Notes under the pieces: model-generated
Told to the model about the DNA's origin: nothing
Databases searched by the model: none
Seen by the model: only the letters and a program-made list of their open reading frames with translations
Shown here: one piece after another, positions 24,231-36,300 of the stretch
Layout of the letters: every line of letters begins with the position of its first letter
Numbering within the stretch: the first letter of the stretch is position 1
Position numbers and translations under genes: made by a program
Origin: Podarcis muralis
Lineage: Eukaryota
Direction: 5' to 3'
Length of the DNA: 64,000 nt
Assembly (NCBI RefSeq): GCF_964188315.1
Contig: NC_135667.1
Coordinates: 11,532,001 to 11,596,000 of the forward strand

Positions 24231-25102
24231 CCTGATCACAAATATCCTTCTACCCTTCTACTCTCTACAATATTGTTACTATCACCAGCCTGACTTGAAC
24301 AGGATGTATTTGGTGACAGCCGACTTTGGCAATTCTGTTGCCAATTAAAGGGTCAGGAATCCACTTTCACTGTTACCAAAAAAAGGAATTGAATGCTAAA
24401 TAATCTAGAGTGATTTGAAACTTGACCTATACAATGAAAGAGGGAAACTGACTGAAATAACAGAGCCTGGCCTCCTCTCTCCTCCCTTACCATAGCTGTC
24501 AATGGAACACTGGGGTGCTTTTCATCTTTTCAGAATTAGTTTTTGATTCTTTATTTTTCATTATGCCTTCTGGTGCTTTGCCAGGTGATTTGATTATAGT
24601 AATTTTAATAATTACAGGGCAGATAACCTTTTGTGCTACTTTTGAAAGAACGCATATCTACTGTTTGAAGCAGAGTGGTATGCTTGGGAACAACTGTGCC
24701 ATCCGTCTTTTACACTAGTAATAAGTAGTAATTCCAAAGACTAGGTGGTCTATCACTGTCAGGCAGTGATAGGCAGTATTTTTCCCTCCAGATGGATTAC
24801 AGCTTTCATCATCCATGATAATAATAGCCAATTGTAAGCTGATGTGAGCTGTAGTCCAGCAACATCAGGAGGGCAACAGATTGGGTACCCTTGGTGTAAG
24901 GAAGGTTTGGGCTGTTGAAAAAATGCCTTGTGTCTGGTGTCATGCTGCACTGTCAGGGCTTTGTCAAGTATTTGAGCCCTCTGAGCCTGAAGCAGTGTTC
25001 ATGGGAAGGTGAGTCACTTCCTGACTCCCTTCCCAGCCCAATCTCAATGCAGGTATAAGATTACAGAAGCGTAGAAGTCCCAGTTTATCCTTGAAGTTTT
25101 AA

Positions 25103-25105
<3 letters not shown>

Positions 25106-25136
<31 letters not shown>
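25106..25136. repeat. (TG)15 microsatellite
   Basis: Read directly. Confidence 0.95.
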
Positions 25137-25138
<2 letters not shown>

Positions 25139-25688
25139 GGCAGCTATAGAAACATTGCCTGTGAACAGATCTTTGAAGAAAGAGTTTTATTTTGAAACAG
25201 CTGAATAGTTAGAGCAAAGAACAAACAAATATAACCCTTCCCACTTAACAGTGACTAGATTTGTTCTTTAAAGGAAACCGACTCTGCCTCACAGTGCTAC
25301 TTAGATATCCCTTATTTCTCAACTTTTTGGCAAATAGTAGAGTTCTGTTTAGGTTCCCATTAGTTCAAATTATAGCTGACCCTCTTTTGTATTTTTACCT
25401 AATGGTAGGAAAAGTTTCAAAGAAATAATAATTATAGAAATATAAAAAAATGATGAGATGAGCAGAGAAAGGGAGGGTCCTAGCTCAGTAACATCTTAGA
25501 TGGCGCAAGGCTTTTACATTCTCTGGGGAAGACATACCTGAGGAGCAGATAGGTCTCAGACTACACAAAATTTTCCCAGGCTAGTGCCTGCCTCCACTTC
25601 TTGCCTGATATTCCTTTCCAACAGCCACAGATCATACAACCCAAACTGCCCACATTCTAACATAATTTGGAGGGAGACTTGGTTGAGT

Positions 25689-25760
25689 TTCCTGCTTGGC
25701 AGGGGGTTGGACTCGATGGCCCTTGTGGTCTCTTCCAACTCTATGATTCTATGATTCTAT
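25689..25760 (+). mobile_element. CR1 LINE 3' tail (72 bp)
   Basis: GGGGTTGGACTCGATG...TTCCAACTCTATGATTCTATGATTCT; short TSD GAGT; absent at paralogous sites near 11775 and 55640. Confidence 0.8.
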
Positions 25761-26095
25761 GAGTCTCGTGCATGGCTCAGATATATTGAGCAATGCATTG
25801 ACTCAACATAAGGCAGCTTACAAGGTTCCCTTTCCCCTTTCCTCTATCTGCAGTTTCCAACGCACCCCAACATCTGCTCAGGAGTTTCAGAACCTATTGG
25901 GAAAGTGGATGCCAGAAAATTAGAGTAAGGGATTAGAGTAACCCAATTCATTTCCATATCATATGTAACTATGCTGGATCCCAAAAACATAAATGATAAG
26001 ACAAGCTCTTCTGTTATTTTGACCCCCACATCTGACACTGGCCAGAAAGGTTATAGAGCCTAACTCCCAACATAAACTACAATCTCTTCTGTCAT

Positions 26096-26254
26096 TTATA
26101 AGTTGCTCCATATCAGCTGTTCTCTATTAATCAGTTCAGGCCTTATCATAATAATGTAGCATTAAGGGGAAAAGAGGCAAGCCAGCAAGCCAGTACTGGA
26201 AGCCAAGATGGAGAAAATCTCCACAGCCACCATGTATTTTCTTCTGGTGCTCAG
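26096..26254 (-). pseudogene. Remnant of E-type V2R exon-6 3' end downstream of gene C
   Basis: Near-identical to 12155-12313. Confidence 0.85.
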
Positions 26255-26463
26255 AGGTGCTACAGATATCATCCATAGTTTTCCCCCAGTTCATTTACAC
26301 GTCATATGCAACTACACTGGATATCAAGAATATAAATGATAAGACAATCTCTTCTGTAATTTTCATCATTTCAGGTAACTTCCTTTCTTGAAAAAACCAC
26401 AGGGAAATTACCATGCCAACAAGTCTAGAGTGTAAATACAGAAATGACAAACTATTCTGTTAT

Positions 26464-27365
26464 TTACATCTTTCTCCGTATCAGCTGCTCTCTGTTATTC
26501 AGCTCAGGCCTCACCACAATAATGTAGCATTTAGGGGAAAAGATGCAACCCAGCAGCCCAGCACTGGAAGCCAAGATGGAGAAGATCTCCACAGCCACCA
26601 TGTATTTTCCTCTGGTGCTCAAGTATGTAGGAATAAAGGAGAACCAAACACTGCAGAAGACCAGCATGCTGAAGGTGATGAACTTAGCTTCATTGAAGCT
26701 GTCAGGCAGCTTCCTGGCTAAGAAGGCCACAGTGAAACTGATAATGGCCAGGAAGCCCATGTAGCCTAAAACGCTATAGAACATGAGAACTGACCCCTCA
26801 TTACATAAGAATATAATTTCTTCACTGCTTGAGTGCATGTCCACATCTGGGAATGGGGCAGAGGTTGCCAGCCAGAAGGCACAGATTCCTACTTGAATCA
26901 CAGAGCAGGAAAGGACAATGGAGTAAGCCAGTTTTCTGCCTACCCACTTCCTGATTGTGGAATCTGGCTTGGTAGCCATGAATGCCAAAACCACTGCAAT
27001 AGTCTTGGCCAAGATGCTAGAGAGGGCCACAGAGAAGACAATGCCAAAAGCCGTTTGTCGGAGTGGGCAGGTTGCCTTATTAGGCATTCCAACGAACATC
27101 AAGGAGCACAGGAAACACGAGAGGAGGGAGATGAGGAGAATGTAAGTGAGGCTTCTGTTATTGGCTTTGACGATGGCAGTGTTCCGGTGCTTAATGAAAA
27201 TGCCAAGTACCATAGCTGTGATCAGAGAGAATAAAAGTGCAGAAAAAGTTGAAATGATGGCCAAAGTTTCACCAAAGCCTAGCACGTTTGGTTTCTTGGG
27301 AATGCACTCATTCTGCTCTTCATTTGGATATTGATCCGGAGGACATCTGGCACAGGTTTCCAACT
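26464..27365 (-). CDS. V2R C exon 6 (7TM)
   Basis: 902 bp including stop. Confidence 0.95.
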
Positions 27366-30300
27366 CTGAAAAAAGGTTGCATGACAATTGGATACAATCC
27401 GGAATATGCTTAAGAGTGTGTTTTTTAAAACTCAGGAGACCCCTTACCATAGTGTTTCCCAAAAAGGAAAAGTTTCAAAACGTCTAGTTCAAATGCTTGT
27501 GCCCTTGATGCTTTGAAAATAAAGTTATGCATGAAATCTTACATTTCATATATGGAGAAACTATTATTTTGGTGGTCCTCCTCCATTTTCTTAGAACCAC
27601 AGATACTTCAGAATGAAATCAGAGAAATATTATAGCTGAAATCTTGGAAGCAAGACGGGTGGTTTTTATAGGATTTTAACACTGTCCCCAAAGAGCCTTG
27701 GTCTTAGAGAAAAAACCGCCACTTCTATTCCATCCTCCCTTCCCCAAAACTTTAGTGTTGTCTTCCAGGACAACATGTATGTACAGTGGTACCTCGGGTT
27801 AAGAACTTATTCCATTGTGGAGGTCCATTCTTAACCTGAAACTGTTAACCTGAGGCACCACTCTAGCTAATGGGGCCCCCCACTGCCGCCACACCGCCAC
27901 CATGTGATTTCTGTTCTCATCCTGAAGCAACATTCTTAACCCGAGGTACTATTTCTGAGTTAGCGGAGTCTGTAACCTGTAGTGTCTGTAACCTGAAGCG
28001 TCTGTAACCCAAGCTACCACTGTATGAAATTTATGTCGTTGCATCAAAACAGATTTGAGGTGAAGCTACGCTAGTGGTTTATAAAGTTAAAATGCATTAT
28101 TAAAATGTGACACCACAGCAGGGAGCCACCAGCAATGGGAAACTGCATTAAACATTATGGAACATTATATTTAATAACATTTAAATGATCAATGTAGATA
28201 CAGTGATGGAAAATCTTTATGTGACAGATAAAGTCACATTCTGATGGTTTACTCCATAGAAAGCTAAGATAATTTCTTCATAGTGGCAGTTTTTACTGAG
28301 ACTGAAGGGAAATTAAGATACTATTTTTATTAAAGAATATAAATTGGGTCCATACAGAGCAAACCCCATTGCCCATTTGTTCATAATTTACTAAAGTAAC
28401 TTGTATATGCTAATATGGCACCTCTCACCCTTCTCATTTGAGAACATCCCATGAGGACATGGATCACAAGCATAACAACAGAACTTCTTCCCCTCCTTCT
28501 TTTTCTTCTCATAACCAGGAAGACAGTTGGCATTGCATAATGATACGGGTGGCACCTATCCAAAGATATAGGAAGAGGTTAATATTAAGCAAATGTTTCA
28601 GGGATTCATCTAACATCAGGTGATCTATCATTAAATAGGAGGGCCAGAAATGTTAAATGTAGGATCCATACTCTCAATATATGCAAAAGAATCTCTTCAT
28701 CCTTCATATAAAGGAAATGGAAATGGGATCTAGCAAATATGGGGTTAACAATCCTGACAGCAAAATGGATGTGGGCATTAAGACATTCCAAAAATGTTTA
28801 TTAGTGTGAACCTGAAATATATTTTGCCTGCCTGCCCGCCTTCTGTCTCTTGCAACTCCATCCACCAGCCTCTCTTTTCTTCCCTCCAAGCTAAGCTTTG
28901 CACTCTACTTACACTTACAACAGTGCCAACAGCTAACTAGGGATGTGGAACTGCACCGCTGCTCTGATGGCCAACGCCAGTGGTGTCATGGGCCAGGAGT
29001 CGGCTTCACCTGCTGAACAGCAGCCTAAAGGAGCAGAAGGCAAAGTGACTCCACCTGCTGCTGATCAGCCTTCTTGCTCCTGATGAGAACCAGCTGGCTC
29101 CAGTTTTTAAAGCAGGGTTTCCAGCCTCAGTCAGTTGCTGGAAACAACTTTTGTCATTCCTGACCAGACCTTGCTGCTCATGGTCTTCTCGTGATCTTGC
29201 TTCTCGTGACCTTGGCCCCTTGACTTTCTTGATCCCCAGATTGTCTGACTATGTGAACTGTAATACTCCTGAGGTTAGGACTGGACTGAACTGTGTACAG
29301 TAATACCTCCTTGAACGTACACCCCGTTGAGCGTCCATTCTGCTGAATGTCTGCGGCAAAACCAGAATTACGGGAACGGGTTACCGCTTGCGAATGTGTG
29401 TGTGTGCAGAACAGCCCTTTGTCATGCATCCCTTTCACCGAGCATCTGGGACTCTGCCTCCAGTCCAGTACCCCCCTGAGATGTGGCTGGTTGGCTGGCT
29501 GCTCCCTCCTCTGAGGGAGCACAGGACCATGACAAACAGCTGGATTCCTTCCCTAGGCATGCCTTGCCCAGCAGCCCATGGAGTACTTGGATGGGCAGCC
29601 GGGTTTCAAGCCACTCTGAGCAAGGCATGATTTGGGGGGCTCCTCCTGGGTCTGTGGCAGGGGCCAACCTGACAAACACCTCCAAACACTCCTGCTTCTA
29701 TCATTCCAGTTCAAAACTAGGGTCCCAAGTGGCATCTGAAAAACTCATGAAGATTACAATGTTCATTCACAAAGATACAGCTAGCTTAGCATTCTATCTA
29801 ATGCTACTAAGTAGAGAGCTGCCTTGAACAAACAATCATGTTGGACGACACTCTCTGATAGCCATTGGTCCTTCTTAGTTTGGCATGTCTTCCTTGAATG
29901 TTGCTCTTTTTGAAGAAATAGTTCATTTCACATTTACTAATACAGTGTTACCTCAGGTTACAGACGCTTTAGGTTACCGACGCTTCAGGTTACAGACTCT
30001 GCTAACCCAGAAATATTACCTTGGGTTAAAAACTTTGCTTCAGGATGAGAACAGAAATCGTGCAGCAGCAGCGGAGAGGCGGCAGCAGGAGGCCCCATTA
30101 GCTAAAGTGGTGCTTCAGGTTAAGAACAGTTTCAGGTTAAGAATGGACCTCCAGAACAAAATAAGTTCTTAACCCGAGGTACCACTGTATAGTTCTTGAA
30201 CTTAATATGTTAACCTTAGTTCTTGAACTTAACATGTTCCAGAAATCCGTTCGACTCCCAAAACTGTTTAAAAAACCAAGCTGTGGCTTCTGATTGGCTG

Positions 30301-33300
30301 TAGTAGCTTCCTGTACTCAAGTGGAAGCCGCGTCAGATGTTCGACATCCGAAAAACATTCGCAAACCGGAACACTGACTTCCAGGTTTGCGGAATTCGGG
30401 TGTCAATTTGTTCAGGAGCCAAGCCATTCGAGAACCAAGGTACCACTGTGGAATTATTAGTAGCATTGTTATTTGTAGTGGGCAGTACTTCCCTTTTCAC
30501 CTCAAGTGGCAAAACCAGACATGCCACCCCTATATGCATTGATTTCCTTACCTGAGTGAAGACTCTGTGCCATTGGATTCCATCCCCATTAAGGGTGAGC
30601 TCTTTTCCAGGAGGGGCCTGAGGATCCAGCTTTCCGACTTTGACCCTGACATAGGAATTATTTGGGAAAGTGACCAGGTTTGTAATATCAAATCCGCCTG
30701 CCAATTCTCCATGTTCATTTAATGTGATTTCATCGCCAACACTGTTGTTGAATGAGATTCTGTGCAGAAATGAGTGCAGCTAGGTGGAAAGAGAATCAAA
30801 AGGTCCATGAAGTCTTGTAATAGCCTTACTAAGACAATTCAATAGGTTTCCTGGGAGAATTTAAGTTCTTTTCATCGAGGGGTCCCCCACTTCAGTTCCC
30901 AATGGAGAGCACCCAGATTTCAACAGCAGATCAAATAGAGAGGGAAATCATAAATCAGTGTAAACTCAACAGCCATGGGATAGAATAAATAGCAAGATGA
31001 AAGATTAAAATATTTTTTTATTAAAAGATGATCCAAAAATAACTTCCTGAAGAGAATCAAGTCTTTTTGTTTTAAGACAGTCTTTAAAAGAATCTCCCCC
31101 CCCCTTTTAAAATAATTCCAGTAGCACCATAAAGACCAACTAAATATAAGCCTTTTAGGTATGAGCTTTCGTGTGCATACACACATCTTCAGATACTCTG
31201 AAGCTGAGGTCGCTACAACCTTATAACTGTTGATAACTGTTAATGATGGCAGTTGGTTCCACAGGGAAGGGCAAGGGATGTAAGGTGCTACTGGAATTAT
31301 AAATATTTTTTTGGAAGTATTCTTTTAAAGACTGTCTTAAGAAAAAAAGACTCGATTCTCTTAAGGGAGTTCTTTTTGGATCATCTTTTAATAATTTTTT
31401 TAAAAAATCTTTCATCTTGTTATTTATTATGACTATGACAGACCAACACGGCTACCTACCTGAATCTATAGTCATGAAATATGTATATAAAGGATGTAGA
31501 CCTGTTTCCTTCAGAGCAGCCTTTGATAAGATTCAAGCTGTAGAAGGGATTTCAGATAATGGGCAGAAAAAGAGTCAGGTCTCATGTTCTCAAGACATTA
31601 TATTACTGCAACATGGAAACATGTAGCTGTAGCCCTCATGTTAGGAGCTTGAGTTTATTAGTTCAGGGTATCCATGATTTCTGTATGTGTGTAGTTGAAT
31701 GCTGCTCTGTATTAGTTACTGCACATTTAGTCAATGTATGCGCTCTTCTGATAACCAAGAAAACTCTTTTTGAGCAGTCTTGTGTGAGTATATGTTCCTT
31801 GGTAATAGGGACTACTTGGGACACACAGTAGAGCAGTGTGCAATTTTTCCCCATATGAAAGGCCTCACCTCTAAAGGGAATATGTTCTAGGTGGACATGT
31901 GAAGGGGCTCTCACAGCAATCAATGGCAGACTAGCTACAACCTTTGCTACGCCTCTAGATGTACTGGACTCTTCCACTAGCCATCACATATCCAACACAA
32001 GTGGAGGGCATCAGCTCTTGGCTACAGCATGTCACACCACTGTGCTCTACACTGGACATAAGATATGAGAGGGGCTGTATTGAAGATATACAAAATGTCC
32101 CTAGAATTCATGTTCTGCTATAAGAAAGCAGCCTGCCACTGAAAAAAATCTTTGCTAATCTTGCTTAAATCATGGAAAGAAGAAGTAGGTAAACTGCTCC
32201 CAACCCAATCCCGACTAATACCCCTGTGTGGCGTTTGCCCTCCTATGTGTGTGACATCATACTGGGTTCATAGGGAAAGGGTTAACTAATTGTAAAATGA
32301 CTAACGGATCGGAACCTAGGGGGCAGAGTTAACTGTGTATAAGGTTTAAGCACAGAGGTGGGGTTTTCTTGGAGAGAGAGTCAGAGTAGTGGAGAAGACA
32401 GTCTGGAGTTGGGGAGGCAGATAAGAAAAGTCTGTGGGTTGGGCTAGTCTGGTGGGAGAGAGTGAGAGAATTTGTTAAGAGGAGTCAGTCAAACAGTTGA
32501 GATAATCAGTCAGGAGGTATTAGGAAGGTATAAGCTGGTAAAGAAACTAAAGTTAAGACACTGACAGGAATATTATCTGAGAAACCATAAACTTGTTAAC
32601 GTTTGTAAAATAAACTTGTTTTTTTGGGTTCATTTTTAACAACTGACTGGACTCAGTGTCTTATAGGCTGTGAGATTAACGCCACACAATGGACTAAAAT
32701 GTGGTCTAAACCTCCCTTTAAAGCCATATCAACAAAAAGGAATTTCACTCTGAAATTCACTTACAGATGGTACCTAACACCATGGAAACTAGCGCTAATA
32801 CACCCAGGAATCTCACCAAGATACTCAAGAGGATGCACCTCCACGGGCACATACCTCCATATATGGTGGGAATGTCCCCAAATCCAAACCTTCTGGACAG
32901 CAATCAAACAAGAAATATGCAAAATAACTAAGCAAGTATTAGAAGTCATCCCAAAAGTAACCCCACTAAACCTATTCCAAGATAATATTGCCCACTCACA
33001 TGATAAGAAGCTTATAACCCACCTACTCTCAGCAGCCAGACACTGGAGAGACCTGTCATGAGTAAGCATGGACCAATGGTATCAAATAGTATGGGAAACA
33101 GTCTTATTAAAAAAACGAACCAATAAACTGAAACATGGGGACAAATAGAAGAAGACGCCTTAATCCGATATGGTTCCCCTTTATCACATGCATAGCTCGA
33201 CATCACAATAACAAGAATCTGCCAACAGCATAGAAATCAATCTGGCTAACCTGATTCAAAAATACATCCACCCTCCCCAACCCCCACCCCTACCTCACTA

Positions 33301-36300
33301 CAGTGAACCCAAAGCCACCCCCAACCTCTCTCAACACCAAGCAAATATAACAAGTGAATAGTCAGAGAACCCATATAAGTAATGCTGACCCAAAACCCCA
33401 CGCATACACAAAGTAGAAGAATAGAGGAATAACCACCAGACCCATTCCCCCATCCCCTCTTTCCCCCTCTTTTCTTCCTAACAAAAAACCACTCTGTTCT
33501 ATCCCCATTGTTTCTACTTTGTTTAAACCAATTCATGAACCAAGAACTTATACATTGACTAATGAAACATATGTTGCAGATATTACTGCACATTTATTAT
33601 TCTATTTTTGTGATATAGAAAAGACATGAGGAAACTTGGTATACTTATTAGTATAATATTATTCTTGTTTATAAAACCCAATAAAAAGTTATGTTTTTTA
33701 AAAAATCTTTGCTTTGATGGAAGTCAGACAAGGCATGTTCAAGCAAATATTTTCTAGAATCATAGGGTCATATAATTATAGAGTTGGAGGGGATCACAAT
33801 AAAATTAATGTTCATTTTGATGTATTAAGATTCATTATTTTATTTATTATAAATAAATCACAACCCATATTGTACATCAATGGATTGCAAAACACTGCAC
33901 ATGTTATAAAGTAAAGACTTTGTAACAGGAAACACTACCTGCCAGGGCTCTACATTCTGAAGAAAGAGTCTGTTTCCACCTTTTAACCTTTTGCAGATGA
34001 CTTCAGATGAGCACCTAATATGTAGGGCATGTGCCAGAGCATAGACAGCATTATAGATACTGTAGCTGTGGCCAGTCATGCTCATTTCAAAAAATGGTGC
34101 AGGGAGGCTCTCCAGCAACTCCTCTCCAGTACATGTACCGAAAATAGCTGCCATTGCAGTGGCGTTTGAAAGTGAACAACCAAATGCTTGTTGCCAGAAA
34201 TCCTTGATAAAACCATATGCATCTTGTCCAGAAGGCTTTACACTGTGCAGAAAGTCTGAGAAGTCTTGAATCTCCTTGGAGTGAATTGTAATGGAGATAG
34301 CACCTTGGAGCACTTGTATATTAGGGTCAATACCTTTTCTTGCAACATTTGATATGAAATCTATCTGGGCTGCTGTAATCCATACTTTCCCTTCAGGTTC
34401 TTTCCTCACAGATTGATGAAGAATTAGCTGAATCATATTCCTTGCAGTAAACACAGCTGTAAGCCATATAATCGATGTACTTTCTCCATATATAACAACT
34501 GCATTTGCTTTGCTTTTTATGAAAGCTTGTGAGAAAAGCTTTGATTGATCCACTATATCAAATATTTTACCACTGAATTGCAGATAGTATTCTGTTCTTT
34601 CTGTGAATGCTGAACAGATTCCATTCTTGAAAAGCATTGGTTCAATGGTCTTCAAGAATTGTTCTCCAGCTTCATTAGCTGGAGTGATGAGCCCAACCCA
34701 TTTCCATCTGAAATGCAGAAGTAACTGGATAATTCCCTTGTACTGAAGATCTTCATTGGGGACCATTCGATAAAAGGAAGCGAATTTGATGTGATCATTT
34801 ATGGCCAGTTCAAATGAACCATATGAAATCTGAAGAAGAAAAAAGCCAAACTTTTCCATGTGGAAACGAGAATTCACAACACACTCATTTATCTTATATA
34901 AATTCTATGCATTCCATCTTAAAAACCACCCTCCCATTTACATAGAAAAACACACAAAACAAACCATCTTGCTCATTTATTTATGTAGATATTAATTCCT
35001 ATTATTGTGGAGTCATCACATGGATTGTGTCAAAGTCAGGAGAGCATTTATCCCTGCTCGTTTCAACATACTACCTGGATAAATCAACAAAACTTGATTG
35101 TGGAAATGGAGGGAGACAAACCATTGTTCATGTTCTTTTGGTCTATAACCTTTAAAGCACTTGAAAAGACTTGGCTGGTTTTTATACTAAGAACTCTCAT
35201 GGGAGTTCTCCTATAGGTTTCCTGAATATAATATGTTTTATTCTTCTGTGATCAACAATAAACCATATCCTATAAAATGTAAGTAAAATACCAGCAGAAA
35301 TTAAGGCAACTAAAATGAAGTTCAGTAATGTAGTAGAACAACACAAAATTGGTACCACTATTTCTCTATCTCCAAATGCCAGAAAAATAACAAGAAAAGT
35401 GCTTTTCATTAGCCTATGAAAGAGGACAGTGCTGAATAACGTCACACTTCCACAAGGTCGGAATTTCATGATTCCTAGGGAAGAAGAAGAAGAAGAGTTT
35501 GGGTTTGATATCCCGCTTTATCACTACCCGAAGGAGTCTCAAAGAGGCTAATGTTCTCCTTTCCCTTCCTCCCCCAAAACAAACACTCTGTGAGGTGAGT
35601 GGGGCTGAGAGACTTCAAAGAAGTGTGACTAGCCCAAGGTCACCCAGCAGCTGCATGTGGAGGAGCTGAGACGCGAACGCGGTTCTCCAGATTATGATTC
35701 TACCGCTCGTAACCACTACACCACCCTGGCTGGGAGAGAGCCATTCTTGTCCTGAGTTATTTATGCCTGTGCAAGCGATTATCAACAGCATGAATTGGGA
35801 TTGGTGCTTTTCAGACATCTAGGACAATGCTTGCAGGGTTGAAATAATGTGAGCCCAATCCTCCACTAAATATATTAAACACACATGTTTCAGAACATGA
35901 CTCTCTCATAAAAGTTAATGCACTTACTAACCCCCACAAATATATCAATATATTGCAACCATTTTCCTTTTTCGACTTGATATTTTTGAATCATCAGCTT
36001 CCTAATGGAAGGAGTGTAGAGTGAACTACGGTTAGAAATATCTATTCTTTGTACCTGTGGAATCTTGTAAAGACCTAAGACATCTGCCATGGATGAGGAG
36101 GTGTCAGAGCTAAGTCCCCCAATGACTCCTACTACTTTTTTCTGAATTCCACATATGTAGTTGGGGACAAAGTGATGTGATTTAAAGAGCAGATCCAGTG
36201 TGTTTTTGTAGGTTATCCTTGAATCAGAATAGGAATCATAGATGTGGAATCCAAGCGTGACATTGGGCAAGATCTTGGGATTCCCATTGATCTCATCAAC

